A stretch of DNA of 64,000 bases from Chiloscyllium plagiosum (taxonomy: Eukaryota): assembly GCF_004010195.1 (NCBI RefSeq), contig NC_057755.1, positions 10,015,989-10,079,988 on the forward strand, read 5' to 3'. Under the pieces are notes generated by a model, which was not told the DNA's origin, made no database searches, and saw nothing but the letters and a program-made list of their open reading frames with translations. A program made the translations under genes and the position numbers. Of the stretch, positions 13,051-26,630 are shown piece by piece; the stretch's first letter is position 1; each line of letters starts with the position of its first letter.

Positions 13051-16000
13051 TACTGATTGAAAAAAAATATGAATCATATTACTTCCTTCTTCGTCGATGA
13101 CATGGGAAACTCCCACTAAACTTTGTTTGCACATCCTATGGGGCCATTATGACAAAGATAGTATTAGTGTCTGGAACCTGACTTGAGTTCTGGTATGGTC
13201 ACTCTCAGCCAGTTTTGTCACCAAACTGGTCTTCTAAAGTCAATCATATGATTCCAATTGATGGTGCAAATGTTCCTACCATGTGTGACTATAAGTCACC
13301 AGTTGTCGATATGCACTACACAATTGGATAATCCAGAAATTGCTTTATTGGTTAGTCTTTGAAATATGCCTGAATATAAACTGGTACAATCTAATTGGTG
13401 TCTGAAAAGCCGAACTTTCCTTCGCTATTTTGAATAAAGGTACTTACCATTAACTTGGAAGTAAGACCAACTTGGAAATATACGATTCTTGCCCCAACTT
13501 CGCAGTACAGTGTTCCAAATGTGTATTAGGATATGAATGCAAGTTTGTAACTGTATTGACTTTGTAATATTCCACATGTAGTCGTTGGATGCCATCAGCA
13601 TTTGGAATCATTACCATGGATGTGCTCCATTCGCTTGAACTCAGTTGCATTTTATTGATGCTAAGTATGTATTCAATTTCTTTTTGAACCTGTGTCAATA
13701 TAGAGAGGTAAGTCTAAAATATGTTGCTTAATAAGAATAGTATTTCCTATATCTATTTCATGTCTAATTAGATTAAATAGTTCCCAGCTTATTCCAACAA
13801 AACACCCAATATGATTGTAATAGATCTTTCAGGTCATTTGGACTTTCGTTTAGAAGGTAACTCAATAATTTAGCGCAAATTTTTGAAACTTCCTATTTGT
13901 CCAATTAAGTTTTAGGAATTCCAATTCGGAATCATCTGAACTTGAGTCTTCACTTTGTTTGGGACCCAATGACACATTCGATTTTTGCTTTACTTCCCTA
14001 TCAAAATAGCTGTGCAAAGTTTTCACATGACAAAATCTGTGAGATTTATTTTTATCTGGTGTTCCTTTCAAATCTTTACCTCAATCAGTTTCCTTTTTAT
14101 ATTATAAGACCCACTAACCCTTGCTTTATGGTTTCTCCAACAACTGCAAGTAACACCGGCAATTATTCTCCATGAGCAAAACTGTAAATTTTCGAAATAT
14201 TGTCAATGCCCTTTTTCATCATATGCTGTGCTGCGTTCAAATTCTGTCTATTCAACTCACCTGCTCCACTTATCCGTTCTGTGCAACTTGTGACATGGTC
14301 CAAATGTATGCTGTCTGAATTCTAACTCACCAATCACTTCACAATTAGCATCAATGATCCGATCAGTTCATTCCCCAACAATAATTAAAATAGAGTTAAT
14401 TTTGGCTGATTCCCTACTTGGTTCCTGTTCTTGAAATGCATGAACAAAGTTCCTTTACCCAAGTCCTGTAGAATGTCTGAGCTATAAGTCCCCAACATGG
14501 CCTTTAAAATTTGAGGCCTCCATTCCAATGTTCCCTGCCATACTGGACTATAAGCATTGCATTTCAATTCTCTATTACTAAGTTGTCCAATGACTTCTTT
14601 CAATAATTTTGATATTAAATTCGGCCCTTGATCTGATTGAATTTCACAGGGTAGTCGACATAAAGGAAACAATTGAGTCACTCTTCGACAAACCTCTGGA
14701 ATTCTCACAGACATATAAATTATAGTTAATTAATACAGATATCTACTTTCTGTTTTAGGTTATGGTGTTGTGCAATTATTTACGCCTCTTATTAAATGTT
14801 CCACAAAGTGGGAAGGGTTATTAATGATCCCTGTTTTATTGCTGCCTGAGGTTTTCCAATTACCTGACAAATATGACATGTCCAGCAAGATTCAAACACA
14901 CCATGATGCAATCCACGCCAATCAAAATGTTTTTATATTTTGGCTTGAGTTTTCCTGACTCCCAAATGACATCTCACTGTTATTTCAGGTGTGATCCGTG
15001 ACATCTCTTTTCTATAACCTCCCAGTAATCTAACTTGATGAACTTTTGCCCATTTCTCATTCACCTGAATATGTGATTGCCTCCATTTCCTCATGAAGAC
15101 GTCATTTTCAAGAGAGTAACATTCTGGTATGCAAGCAGATTATTCTTGGGTGAATAATATTGGATCCAACTGTCTTAGTTTTTCTATATTTTTCAGCAAA
15201 TCTCTCTGAACTAAAGATATCTACAAGCTCTTTCTGCTGTTCTTGATTTTGTTCTAAACTGTTTAATCAAAAATTGTCTCTGCTAATTGAGCTTCTCCTT
15301 ACTTACCTTCATTCTTTGATCTTCGCCTGTTGCGGCTTCCTGAACCTTTTACTACACTGTGAGGAAAAATCCCAGGATATCCTTCTCAGTTGTTTGATTA
15401 ACCACTGGCGTTTCAACTTCAGTAGGCATCACACTCACCTGTAGCACCACTATTTCATTACAAAGGATAAACTGCATGTCTGGAGTCGAGATTTTCTTTT
15501 TACCCTGACCACCACTTCACCAGTTCTCACCAGATATTCCAACCTCAATGGAGACATGGATTTCTAGTCTTCTCAACATGAATTTCACATATTACCACTT
15601 TTTCTAGCAATGCATCTTTTGAATTATATACCTTCCCATCTTTCCCATGCTCCTATGTCTCTGAAAATTTTGAAATATTCACCTGCTCCTCCTGGCATAG
15701 GGACTAAACCTTCTCCATGCAAGTAAGTTTTTAAAAAGATCTGGCACTTTGCTCTCAATCAACCCGTGACCAGATTTTGCATTATTTTGCAGATTTATAT
15801 CTTCCAATGTCGTTACGTTTATCACTTCAACAAAACTCCCACGGTCATCCGACTTTTCCATATCGATCTCCCCAGTGCTTTTTCCAATCCATCAACACTG
15901 CGACTTCATGCTGGTTCCTTTATGACAGTGAAAACACCCGCGATTTTTCATTATCTTTTCCCATCACGAATTTCGTTTTTAACCTGTGGTAAATCACATT

Positions 16001-16435
16001 TTCTGTCTTCATTGTGATCTCACTTTCGCTGACCACCTGACGATTTCTATTTTCATCAATTTCTATCGCTTATATATTGAAACTTAGTTTGGAAGCCAAA
16101 CTTTGATTTACAAACCATTTCCGATTCTAATCTTGCAGTCTTAGCACTCTGCTCTTCCACATGTGTTCTCATTACATTAGGAAGTGAAGTTTTGAATTTC
16201 TGAAAAATTATCGCTTCTCTAAAATACTCATATGTTTGACATATTTTCTTATCTACCTGTCAAAGTTACTTTGTTTGATACATTCAAATACCATGTTAGT
16301 TTGACCAACTTCTCTCTTAGTTTCCGAAAATGTTGTCTGTAGGTTTCTTGTACTACCTCATACGCACTTAACATGGCTTGCTTCACCTCCTCATACTCCT
16401 CTGATACCTCTTCTGATAGTGAGGCAAAAACACCA

Positions 16436-16566
16436 CTAGGAGAAAGTGAGGTCTGCAGATGCTGGAGATCAGAGCTGAAAATGTGTTGCTTGAACAGCGT
16501 AGCAGGTCAGGCAGCTTCCAGGGATCAGGAGAATCGACGTTTCGGGCATAAGACCTTCTTCAGGAA
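16436..16566 (-). mobile_element. Short Penelope pLTR-derived element with a hammerhead core
   Basis: Minus strand attcCTGAAGAaggtcttatgcccGAAAcgtcgatt; same family as 50861-51069. Confidence 0.8.
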
Positions 16567-16975
16567 TTTTAAGTCGACTTTGAGTTTTAAATCGACCCTG
16601 AGTGTTTAGTTCCAGATTCAGAAGTTCACAACACATTTTTCTCCCTTGCTTCTCTCTCTTTATTCCGTTCTTCAATGGGGTCTTACTTTCATTTCCTTTT
16701 TTCTCTGCTTTAAATCATATTTGCATCAATTTTATTTCCTTCCTTCTGCCTGTTTACTTTGCCAGGAGTGAATTTTAAGTCGACTTTGAGTTTTAAATCG
16801 ACCCTGAGTGTTTAGTTCCAGATTCAGAAGTTCACAACACATTTTTCTCCCTTGTTTCTCTCTCTTTATTCCGTTCTTCAATGGGACCTTACTTTCATTT
16901 CCTTTTTTCTCTGCTTTAAATCATATTTGCATCAATTTTATTTCCTTTCTTCTGCCTGTTTACTTTGCCAGGAGT
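16564..16975 (+). repeat. Tandem duplication, 2 x 206 bp, inside the Gypsy gag region
   Basis: gaattttaagtcgac...tttgccaggagt starts at both 16564 and 16770. Confidence 0.95.
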
Positions 16976-18129
16976 GTTCTTTCCTTTTTTTTAATCCTTG
17001 CCGTTGCCTCTAAGTCAAACTGATTAATGGGCAATTCAATGTTAGCTTATTCCAAAATTTCTGATAGCATTTTTGACGAAGTTAAATGCTGCGTGATTGT
17101 CACTACAATCATTCCTTTCATCAGAGGCACGCACAAAACTATTATAAGCCTGTTTGTTAATTCCAAAAGCTTTGCCTTGTCACTTTCTGTATAATACCAG
17201 AAGTGATTTCTTCCAAGCCAGAAAACTCTAAGTGACTGAAAGAGCCATCAGCACACATGGCCGATCTGTTTCAACAAATTGAATTCAAAACCTAAAATAA
17301 AGAACAGTACAAGCAACATTCACTGCCCTTAAGTTCAATAATTCTAAAGCCAAACTCGAATTAGGGAGTTTAATTCCAGCAAAAGCCCCAAAATTGTTAT
17401 ATAGCAGACTAAAACCTCTCACAATAAATTAAAAAGATATCCAAGACCCTAACATTTTTCCCTTTTAAATACAATTGCCAGGCTACATATGCTACAGTTA
17501 AAGTAGGACAAAACAAAGAATTAAAATATCTTTACTGCATTCGAAATCTTAACAAAGATCAGACTATTCAACTACTAAATAATACCCATTTCAATACAGT
17601 GTCTTTCCATCAACACATCCTTGGCAAAGGCAAATTCATGTGACATAGATAAATCTAGTGCAAGGGTGTGACCATCAATAGAAAACGCAGACAGATAGAA
17701 TAACAGCATTATATACTGCAGTTTCCAAACACATCTTCAACAGGAGCAACTGCTGTTGAAAAACTAAAACATAAAATTCCTGCCTCTGGGGAAGCTGGAC
17801 TCCATGTATTCGGGCTACTTCTTTTCTTCCAAATTCCAAACAAATGCCAAGGCCCCACAAATCGTTTGCTTTTTTACACTCAGATAGGCAGCTCGTTAAC
17901 TCTGACGTACAAAACAAATCACTGCAGAAAAGAAAAAAAAACACGGAAGAAACTTCTTAAAACCATCACATTGTCACAACATGCAAATCAAACTTTACGT
18001 GAAGATGATATGGTAACAGAGCCGAATGCAGAATGCATTGTTACAGCTACAGAGAAAGTCTGAGAACCATTAACTCCGAAATAGAAGTCTAGATACCGTT
18101 GGGATGTGTTTGCGAAATTTTCTATCTTC

Positions 18130-18730
18130 CAATAAATTAGAGAATTTGGAAGAGAGTATCATCAGAGTATTCGGTGCCACTAGTGATGTTTTCTGCGTTC
18201 CCAGGTAGCAGAAAGTATAGACAGAATGAATGCATAGGAGGCTACATTGCGTAATGAACAGGGCAGCATTCACAACTCGCTGTAATTTCTTGTGGTCTTG
18301 GACATAGAGGATGAAAAGTTACACTGTGATGCATCGGGATGGAATTCATTTTTGTGGTGCATCTCCAAATATCTGGCAACAGTCATTGAAGATATGCCAA
18401 ATTTGCTGATCCTTCAGAGGAAGTAGATGTGTTTGTGTGCTCTATTCACCTTAATATTGGTGTAGAAATACCAGGACAAATTGTCATTGATATTTATTCT
18501 TTGGAATCTTGAAGCTTATGACTTCACCTCAGCATTATTGGTTACACGCGGCGTGTGTCCTCCATGGGGATGACTGCAGTCAACAAGATCCTTTGTTTCA
18601 GTGACATTAAGGGACAGATTGTTATCTTTACGCTATCCTTCTAAGCTTTATTTCTCTTCACTATATTCTGTCATTGTTTATGTTTCAAACCACTAAGGCG
18701 GCAATATCAGCAAACTGGCCAGTAATTTTA
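18130..18730 (-). mobile_element. Decayed non-LTR retrotransposon fragment (L2/Rex-like)
   Basis: Resembles the reverse complement of the LINE remnant at ~35860-36220; no intact ORF. Confidence 0.4.
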
Positions 18731-19428
18731 TTGCAGGGTGACTGCAATGTGGAACCAATAAGCGTTTCAGTGGATGGACGCTTGTGAATTTGTAATTGTC
18801 AAAGGTGTTCCAGTCTTATTCATATTGTTTGGATGAGAGGAACTGGATGAGTGAAATTGCCTTGGCATCTTATAACAGGAACCCTATCAGGAGTAGGAAT
18901 GAAAAAATATAGAGCAGCCTTTCGAACGGCTTTGATCTTGTTCTATTTAATCTATTACAAATTTTTAATTCATTTAATTTGGGATACCTAAAAAGAAGGA
19001 AAGTTCTATCATACTTTAACAAATTACTTTGAACAAATACTTGTATGTATCTGTAGTTAAACGATTTCCGCTCCAGCTGTAAAATCATCATGAAAACTGT
19101 TTTCTGTTTAACCGGACAACCTGTGCTGAATAGCAGTGTGCAACATTTACAGTCCCGAGCAGGGTGAGATCGTGCTGTGTTTCTGTGTACATCTGTGTGA
19201 TTGTGTATGAGCGTGTGTGTTTGTTTGTGTGTAAAACATTTACAGTGCCCAGAAGAAGAGGAACAAGCTGTTACAGTGTCTGTGTATGATTGGTAAAGAG
19301 TCCAGCAGAGGGTGCTTGCTGTTGGTGGTGACAACGCCTTTCAATATCTCTTGCTGCTTGGAATATTTGTTGAATGAATTTATGTCCAATGTTACCATAC
19401 CCCACTGACAAATTTTGTCAGAAACTTA

Positions 19429-19720
19429 TGAAGATCTGACCCCCAGGGGTGTCTCTTTGTTCCGCGATCGGTGAATAAACACACCCGTAAACAACTCTTT
19501 GTCAACTGCACAAGCAATCATTTATTCTTTGGTATGGCCGGGCCAGTAGACTCTGATCAGCCCAGAAGTATGAGTAATCCTAGATCACCAAAATAGTCTG
19601 ACCAGTTGCAGTCTTCCTAGGGTTTATATACATTGCTAATAGTCAGACATAGCATGATCGCAGAGGAACAACCCATCAGATTGCATAAAGCTCTCGTGCA
19701 TTCTTCCTTAGCCTACCACA
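19429..19720 (-). mobile_element. Solo LTR (~292 bp)
   Basis: TG...CA termini; on the minus strand TATATAAA (~19630) is followed ~100 bp later by AATAAA (~19526). Confidence 0.6.
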
Positions 19721-19814
19721 ATTTTTATTTTGCAAACAACTGAGTGCTGTGGTTAGAGTTAAACCATTTCATCTGCAATCAATCAGATGTACATCAGTGT
19801 GCAGTTTCTTGTTT

Positions 19815-20842
19815 CTAGGAGAAAGTGAGGACTGCAGATGCTGGAGACTAGAGTTGAAAGGTGTGGTGCTGGAAAAGCGCAGCAGGCCAGGCAACATCCG
19901 AGGAACAGGAGAATCGATGTTTTGGGCATAAGCCCTCCTTCAGGAATGAGGAAGGTGTGCCAAGCGGGCTAAGATAAAAGGTGTGGTTGGAGGGTTCCTA
20001 GGCGGAAGATGAGGTGCTCTTCCTCCAGGCGTCATGTGGCCAGGGTCTGGCAATGGAGGAGGTCGAAGACCTGCATGCCCTTGGCGGAGTGGGAGGGGGA
20101 GTTAAAGTGTTCAGCCACGGGGCGGTTGGGGTGGTTGGTGTAGGTGTCCCAGAGGTGTTCCCTGAACCGTTCCACAAGTAGGCAGCCTGTCTCCCCAATG
20201 TAGAGGAGACCACATCAGGTGCAGCGGACAAGTAAATGATGTGTGTGGAGTGCAAGTGAATTTGCGATGGATATGGAAGGATCCATTGGGGCCTTGGAGG
20301 TAGGTGAGGGGGAGGCGTGGGCGCAAGTTTTGCACTTCTTGCTCTTCCAGGGGAAGGTGCCGGGAGTGGAGGTTGGGTTGGTGGGGGGTGTGGACCTGAC
20401 AAGGGAGTCACGGAGGGAGTGATCTCTCCAGAACGCAGATAGGGGTGGGGAGGGAAATATATCCCTGGTGGTGGGGTCTGTTTGTAGGTGGCAGAAATAA
20501 CGGAGGATGACATGATGTATCCGGAGGTTGATGGGTGAAAGGTGAGGACCAGTGGGGTTCAGTTCTGGTGGCAATTAGAGGGGCGGGGATCAATGGCGGA
20601 GAAGAGGGAAGTTGAGTGGATGCGGTGGTGAGCATCGTTGACCACTTCGGAGGGGAAATTGCGGTCTTTGAATAAGGAGGCCATTTGGTCTGTTCGGTAG
20701 TGGAATTGGTCCTCCTGGGAGCAGATGCGGCAGAGGTGAAGGAATTGGGAATATGGGATGGCGTTTTTACAGGGGGCAGGTTGGGAGGAGGTGTAATCTA
20801 GGTAGCTGTGGGAGTCAGTCGGTTTGTAGTAAATGTCTGTGT
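19815..20842 (-). mobile_element. Penelope-like element, 3' portion (GIY-YIG region + pLTR)
   Basis: Frameshifted RDHSLRDSLVRS...KKCKTC...LYIGET-type segments; degenerate hammerhead in the terminal repeat. Confidence 0.85.
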
Positions 20843-20859
20843 CATTTAAAAAAAAACAT

Positions 20860-22020
20860 TAAAAGGAGCTGAGATTCCCAGAACAGATCTCTTCGGAACA
20901 CCAATGGTCACCGAAGTCCAGGCTGAATACCTTCAATGTACTACGACCCTCTGTCATCTTGTGGTCAGCCAATTCTGTATCCGGAGAACCATGTCTCCTT
21001 ACTTACTGAATGAGCCTACCATGTTGTGCCTTATCAAACGCCTGGCAAAAATCCTTGAACATCACATCCATAGCTGTACCTTCATGAATATGTTTTGTCA
21101 AATTCTTAAGAAGTCAGGAAGGCTTGTGAGTCATGACTGCCCCTCTCAATGCCATGCCGACTTTCTTCATCCAATTATCGTGATGCAAACAATCATAATT
21201 CCTGTTCTCAAATTCTTCTCCAATAATTTGCTCACCACAGACATAAGAGTGACTGGTCTGTAATTCTCAGGGTAATCCCTATTCTCTTTCTTGTACAGGG
21301 AAATAATATTTGTCATCCTCCAATCATCTATCACCGCTCCAGTGGACAGCGAGGACACAAAGATCATCGCCAAAGGCGCAATAATCTCTTTCCTCGCTTT
21401 CTGTGGTGTCCTTGGGTATATCCAATATGACCAAAGGAATTACTCATCGTTTTTTCTTTAATTTTCAGCGTATCCTCCTTCTTCACACCAAACTTTCCGA
21501 CCATATCAGCTTGTTTCAAGTTTTCCTCGCAAACGACAAGATCCTTATCAGTCGTACAAACTTAAGCAAGATATTCATTACAGACCTCCACTACCTCCTC
21601 AGACTCCAGGCATACGTTGCCTCCATTATCCCTTATAGGCCCTATCCTTACTCTGGCCATGCACTTGCTCGCCAAATTTGTGTAGAATGCTTTATGGTTT
21701 TCCTTAATCCTACCAGCTAAAGCTTTTTCATGCCCTCTCCTGGCACTCCTGAATCGATTCTTCAGTTCCAACTTGTTTACACTGCAACTCTCTAGAACCG
21801 GGTCTAATACTTCCCTCCTCAAGCGCAAGTTAGCTTCCTCCTTCCTCCAGATTAGATATTCTACATCCCTTTTCACCCCTCCTTCTTTCAAGCCACCATC
21901 AGTGGGACAAACTTTACCAGCGCTATCAGCAAGTGCTCTCGAAGCAACCTCCAACTTTCTATCGTGCATTTTCTTGACAACATGTCTTAACAATTTCTTT
22001 GCCTAACAGTATTGTGTTGC
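20860..22020 (-). mobile_element. CR1 LINE ORF2 fragment (linker/RT), decayed
   Basis: RIKENHKAFY, RVRIGPIRD, DDWRMTNIISLYKKENRDYPENYRPVTLMSVVSKLLEK. Confidence 0.9.
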
Positions 22021-22732
22021 TCCCTCCGGCAATGGCATACTTCCCCATATCGTCTGCTCCTATTCCTCTCCAAGATTCAATTGCAGTCTTTTCTTTTGAA
22101 TTTGTGCATACTCTGGTTCTCTATTGTGCAATAGTCTTATGTTCTTTTGCGCATCATTCTAGTGCTCACTTAAGCAGGAATGATGTGTTGATTGGTACGC
22201 TAAATGCGTAATGTATTCACTTATTTAAAAACTTTGCATTAATTTGAACAAACATCTTTCTTTCATTAGTCTAGTGAATGTATACTAGTTTGTTGACTAC
22301 GCCTGTGCTGCTGCTGTGGTTTTAAATTTGCTGCTTGTGCCTGTGTATTTTCCAAGTCTTGATTCATTTGAGGTGGGGTAACGACAGTGGCAGACTGCGA
22401 CAGCCCCACCTTAAACCATTGCCCTTTTTTCATCTCCCAGGTGCCTTTATTCCCAGAAAGGTAATTGTTGGTGTGTTCCATACCTGAGCCCAGGTATGTT
22501 CCAAAGAGAGAGAATAGGGAGCTCACTGGATGATCTGGGATTTGGGAGGGGATAGGCTTTTACTGACAGACCTGACTCCATCGGCCATTACCCTCGAGCA
22601 ATGTGGATGTTCCACGGCCATGCGTGATGTGCGTCAACCTCAATCCCAGTTTTGTTCCTTTAAGTCTCCACAAAGCCGCCTGGCGTCCATTGTCAATATC
22701 CTCGAGTGAAGTCTTCCCTTGCAGGTGTCAAG

Positions 22733-22733
22733 G

Positions 22734-22765
<32 letters not shown>

Positions 22766-25700
22766 GGTCACCGTGGGACAGAGGGAGAGAGAGAGAGAGA
22801 GAGAGAGAGACTGGGTCACCGCGGGACAGAGGGAGAGAGAGAGAGAGAGAGAGACTGGGTCACCGCGGGACAGAGGGAGAGAGAGAGAGAGAGAGAGACT
22901 GGGTCACCGCGGGACAGAGGGAGAGAGAGAGAGAGAGAGAGACTGGGTCACCGCGGGACAGAGGGAGAGAGAGAGAGAGAGAGAGACTGGGTCACCGCGG
23001 GACAGAGGGAGAGAGAGAGAGAGAGAGAGACTGGGTCACCGCGGGACAGAGGGAGAGAGAGAGAGAGAGAGAGACTGGGTCACCGCGGGACAGAGGGAGA
23101 GAGAGAGAGAGAGAGAGACTGGGTCACCGCGGGACAGAGGGAGAGAGAGAGAGAGAGAGAGACTGGGTCACCGCGGGACAGAGGGAGAGAGAGAGAGAGA
23201 GAGAGACTGGGTCACCGCGGGACAGAGGGAGAGAGAGAGAGAGAGAGAGACTGGGTCACCGCGGGACAGAGGGAGAGAGAGAGAGAGAGAGAGACTGGGT
23301 CACCGCGGGACAGAGGGAGAGAGAGAGAGAGAGAGAGACTGGGTCACCGCGGGACAGAGGGAGAGAGAGAGAGAGAGAGAGACTGGGTCACCGCGGGACA
23401 GAGGGAGAGAGAGAGAGAGAGAGAGAGACTGGGTCACCGTGGGACAGAGGGAGGGAGAGAGAGAGAGAGAGAGAGACTGGGTCACCGCGGGACAGAGGGA
23501 GAGAGAGAGAGAGAGAGAGACTGGGTCACCGCGGGACAGAGGGAGAGAGAGAGAGAGAGAGAGACTGGGTCACCGCGGGACAGAGGGAGAGAGAGAGAGA
23601 GAGAGAGACTGGGTCACCGCGGGACAGAGGGAGAGAGAGAGAGAGAGAGAGACTGGGTCACCGCGGGACAGAGGGAGAGAGAGAGAGAGAGAGAGACTGG
23701 GTCACCGCGGGACAGAGGGAGAGAGAGAGAGAGAGAGAGACTGGGTCACCGCGGGACAGAGGGAGAGAGAGAGAGAGAGAGAGACTGGGTCACCGCGGGA
23801 CAGAGGGAGAGAGAGAGAGAGAGAGAGACTGGGTCACCGCGGGACAGAGGGAGAGAGAGAGAGAGAGAGAGACTGGGTCACCGCGGGACAGAGGGAGAGA
23901 GAGAGAGAGAGAGAGACTGGGTCACCGCGGGACAGAGGGAGAGAGAGAGAGAGAGAGAGACTGGGTCACCGCGGGACAGAGGGAGAGAGAGAGAGAGAGA
24001 GAGACTGGGTCACCGCGGGACAGAGGGAGAGAGAGAGAGAGAGAGAGACTGGGTCACCGCGGGACAGAGGGAGAGAGAGAGAGAGAGAGAGAGACTGGGT
24101 CACCGTGGGACAGAGGGAGGGAGAGAGAGAGAGAGAGAGAGACTGGGTCACCGCGGGACAGAGGGAGAGAGAGAGAGAGAGAGAGACTGGGTCACCGCGG
24201 GACAGAGGGAGAGAGAGAGAGAGAGAGAGACTGGGTCACCGCGGGACAGAGGGAGAGAGAGAGAGAGAGAGAGACTGGGTCACCGCGGGACAGAGGGAGA
24301 GAGAGAGAGAGAGAGAGACTGGGTCACCGCGGGACAGAGGGAGAGAGAGAGAGAGAGAGAGACTGGGTCACCGCGGGACAGAGGGAGAGAGAGAGAGAGA
24401 GAGAGACTGGGTCACCGCGGGACAGAGGGAGAGAGAGAGAGAGAGAGAGACTGGGTCACCGCGGGACAGAGGGAGAGAGAGAGAGAGAGAGAGACTGGGT
24501 CACCGCGGGACAGAGGGAGAGAGAGAGAGAGAGAGAGACTGGGTCACCGCGGGACAGAGGGAGAGAGAGAGAGAGAGAGAGACTGGGTCACCGCGGGACA
24601 GAGGGAGAGAGAGAGAGAGAGAGAGACTGGGTCACCGCGGGACAGAGGGAGAGAGAGAGAGAGAGAGAGACTGGGTCACCGCGGGACAGAGGGAGAGAGA
24701 GAGAGAGAGAGAGACTGGGTCACCGCGGGACAGAGGGAGAGAGAGAGAGAGAGAGAGAGACTGGGTCACCGTGGGACAGAGGGAGGGAGAGAGAGAGAGA
24801 GAGAGAGACTGGGTCACCGCGGGACAGAGGGAGAGAGAGAGAGAGAGAGAGACTGGGTCACCGCGGGACAGAGGGAGAGAGAGAGAGAGAGAGAGACTGG
24901 GTCACCGCGGGACAGAGGGAGAGAGAGAGAGAGAGAGAGACTGGGTCACCGCGGGACAGAGGGAGAGAGAGAGAGAGAGAGAGACTGGGTCACCGCGGGA
25001 CAGAGGGAGAGAGAGAGAGAGAGAGAGACTGGGTCACCGCGGGACAGAGGGAGAGAGAGAGAGAGAGAGAGACTGGGTCACCGCGGGACAGAGGGAGAGA
25101 GAGAGAGAGAGAGAGACTGGGTCACCGCGGGACAGAGGGAGAGAGAGAGAGAGAGAGAGACTGGGTCACCGCGGGACAGAGGGAGAGAGAGAGAGAGAGA
25201 GAGACTGGGTCACCGCGGGACAGAGGGAGAGAGAGAGAGAGAGAGAGACTGGGTCACCGCGGGACAGAGGGAGAGAGAGAGAGAGAGAGAGACTGGGTCA
25301 CCGCGGGACAGAGGGAGAGAGAGAGAGAGAGAGAGACTGGGTCACCGCGGGACAGAGGGAGAGAGAGAGAGAGAGAGAGACTGGGTCACCGCGGGACAGA
25401 GGGAGAGAGAGAGAGAGAGAGAGAGACTGGGTCACCGTGGGACAGAGGGAGGGAGAGAGAGAGAGAGAGAGAGACTGGGTCACCGCGGGACAGAGGGAGA
25501 GAGAGAGAGAGAGAGAGACTGGGTCACCGCGGGACAGAGGGAGAGAGAGAGAGAGAGAGAGACTGGGTCACCGCGGGACAGAGGGAGAGAGAGAGAGAGA
25601 GAGAGACTGGGTCACCGCGGGACAGAGGGAGAGAGAGAGAGAGAGAGAGACTGGGTCACCGCGGGACAGAGGGAGAGAGAGAGAGAGAGAGAGACTGGGT

Positions 25701-26630
25701 CACCGCGGGACAGAGGGAGAGAGAGAGAGAGAGAGAGACTGGGTCACCGCGGGACAGAGGGAGAGAGAGAGAGAGAGAGAGACTGGGTCACCGCGGGACA
25801 GAGGGAGAGAGAGAGAGAGAGAGAGACTGGGTCACCGCGGGACAGAGGGAGAGAGAGAGAGAGAGAGAGACTGGGTCACCGCGGGACAGAGGGAGAGAGA
25901 GAGAGAGAGAGAGACTGGGTCACCGCGGGACAGAGGGAGAGAGAGAGAGAGAGAGAGACTGGGTCACCGCGGGACAGAGGGAGAGAGAGAGAGAGAGAGA
26001 GACTGGGTCACCGCGGGACAGAGGGAGAGAGAGAGAGAGAGAGAGACTGGGTCACCGCGGGACAGAGGGAGAGAGAGAGAGAGAGAGAGAGACTGGGTCA
26101 CCGTGGGACAGAGGGAGGGAGAGAGAGAGAGAGAGAGAGACTGGGTCACCGCGGGACAGAGGGAGAGAGAGAGAGAGAGAGAGACTGGGTCACCGCGGGA
26201 CAGAGGGAGAGAGAGAGAGAGAGAGAGACTGGGTCACCGCGGGACAGAGGGAGAGAGAGAGAGAGAGAGAGACTGGGTCACCGCGGGACAGAGGGAGAGA
26301 GAGAGAGAGAGAGAGACTGGGTCACCGCGGGACAGAGGGAGAGAGAGAGAGAGAGAGAGACTGGGTCACCGCGGGACAGAGGGAGAGAGAGAGAGAGAGA
26401 GAGACTGGGTCACCGCGGGACAGAGGGAGAGAGAGAGAGAGAGAGAGACTGGGTCACCGCGGGACAGAGGGAGAGAGAGAGAGAGAGAGAGACTGGGTCA
26501 CCGCGGGACAGAGGGAGAGAGAGAGAGAGAGAGAGACTGGGTCACCGCGGGACAGAGGGAGAGAGAGAGAGAGAGAGAGACTGGGTCACCGCGGGACAGA
26601 GGGAGAGAGAGAGAGAGAGAGAGACTGGGT
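22733..26630. repeat. 44-bp minisatellite CTGGGTCACCGCGGGACAGAGG(GA)11, ~87 units, with a 666-bp higher-order repeat
   Basis: Unit read directly; the variant unit (CCGTGG) recurs every 666 bp = 13x44 + 46 + 48. Confidence 0.98.

Larger units (their letters stand above)
10567..17977 (-). mobile_element. Decayed Gypsy/Ty3 LTR retrotransposon with nested insertions
   Basis: LTR-like ends ~17977-17395 and ~11311-10567 (TG...ATAACA on minus). PBS-like tggggcttttgctgga resembles the tRNA-Pro PBS. Pol remnants: RT-like (SSSEWSTSMVMIP, ISKLVLL) and integrase-like (EIQSDQGPNL, YSPVWQGTLE). Confidence 0.75.

Noticed and set aside
22733..26630. CRISPR-like repeat-spacer appearance
   Set aside because: The 'spacers' are invariant (GA)n, there are no cas genes, and the context is vertebrate
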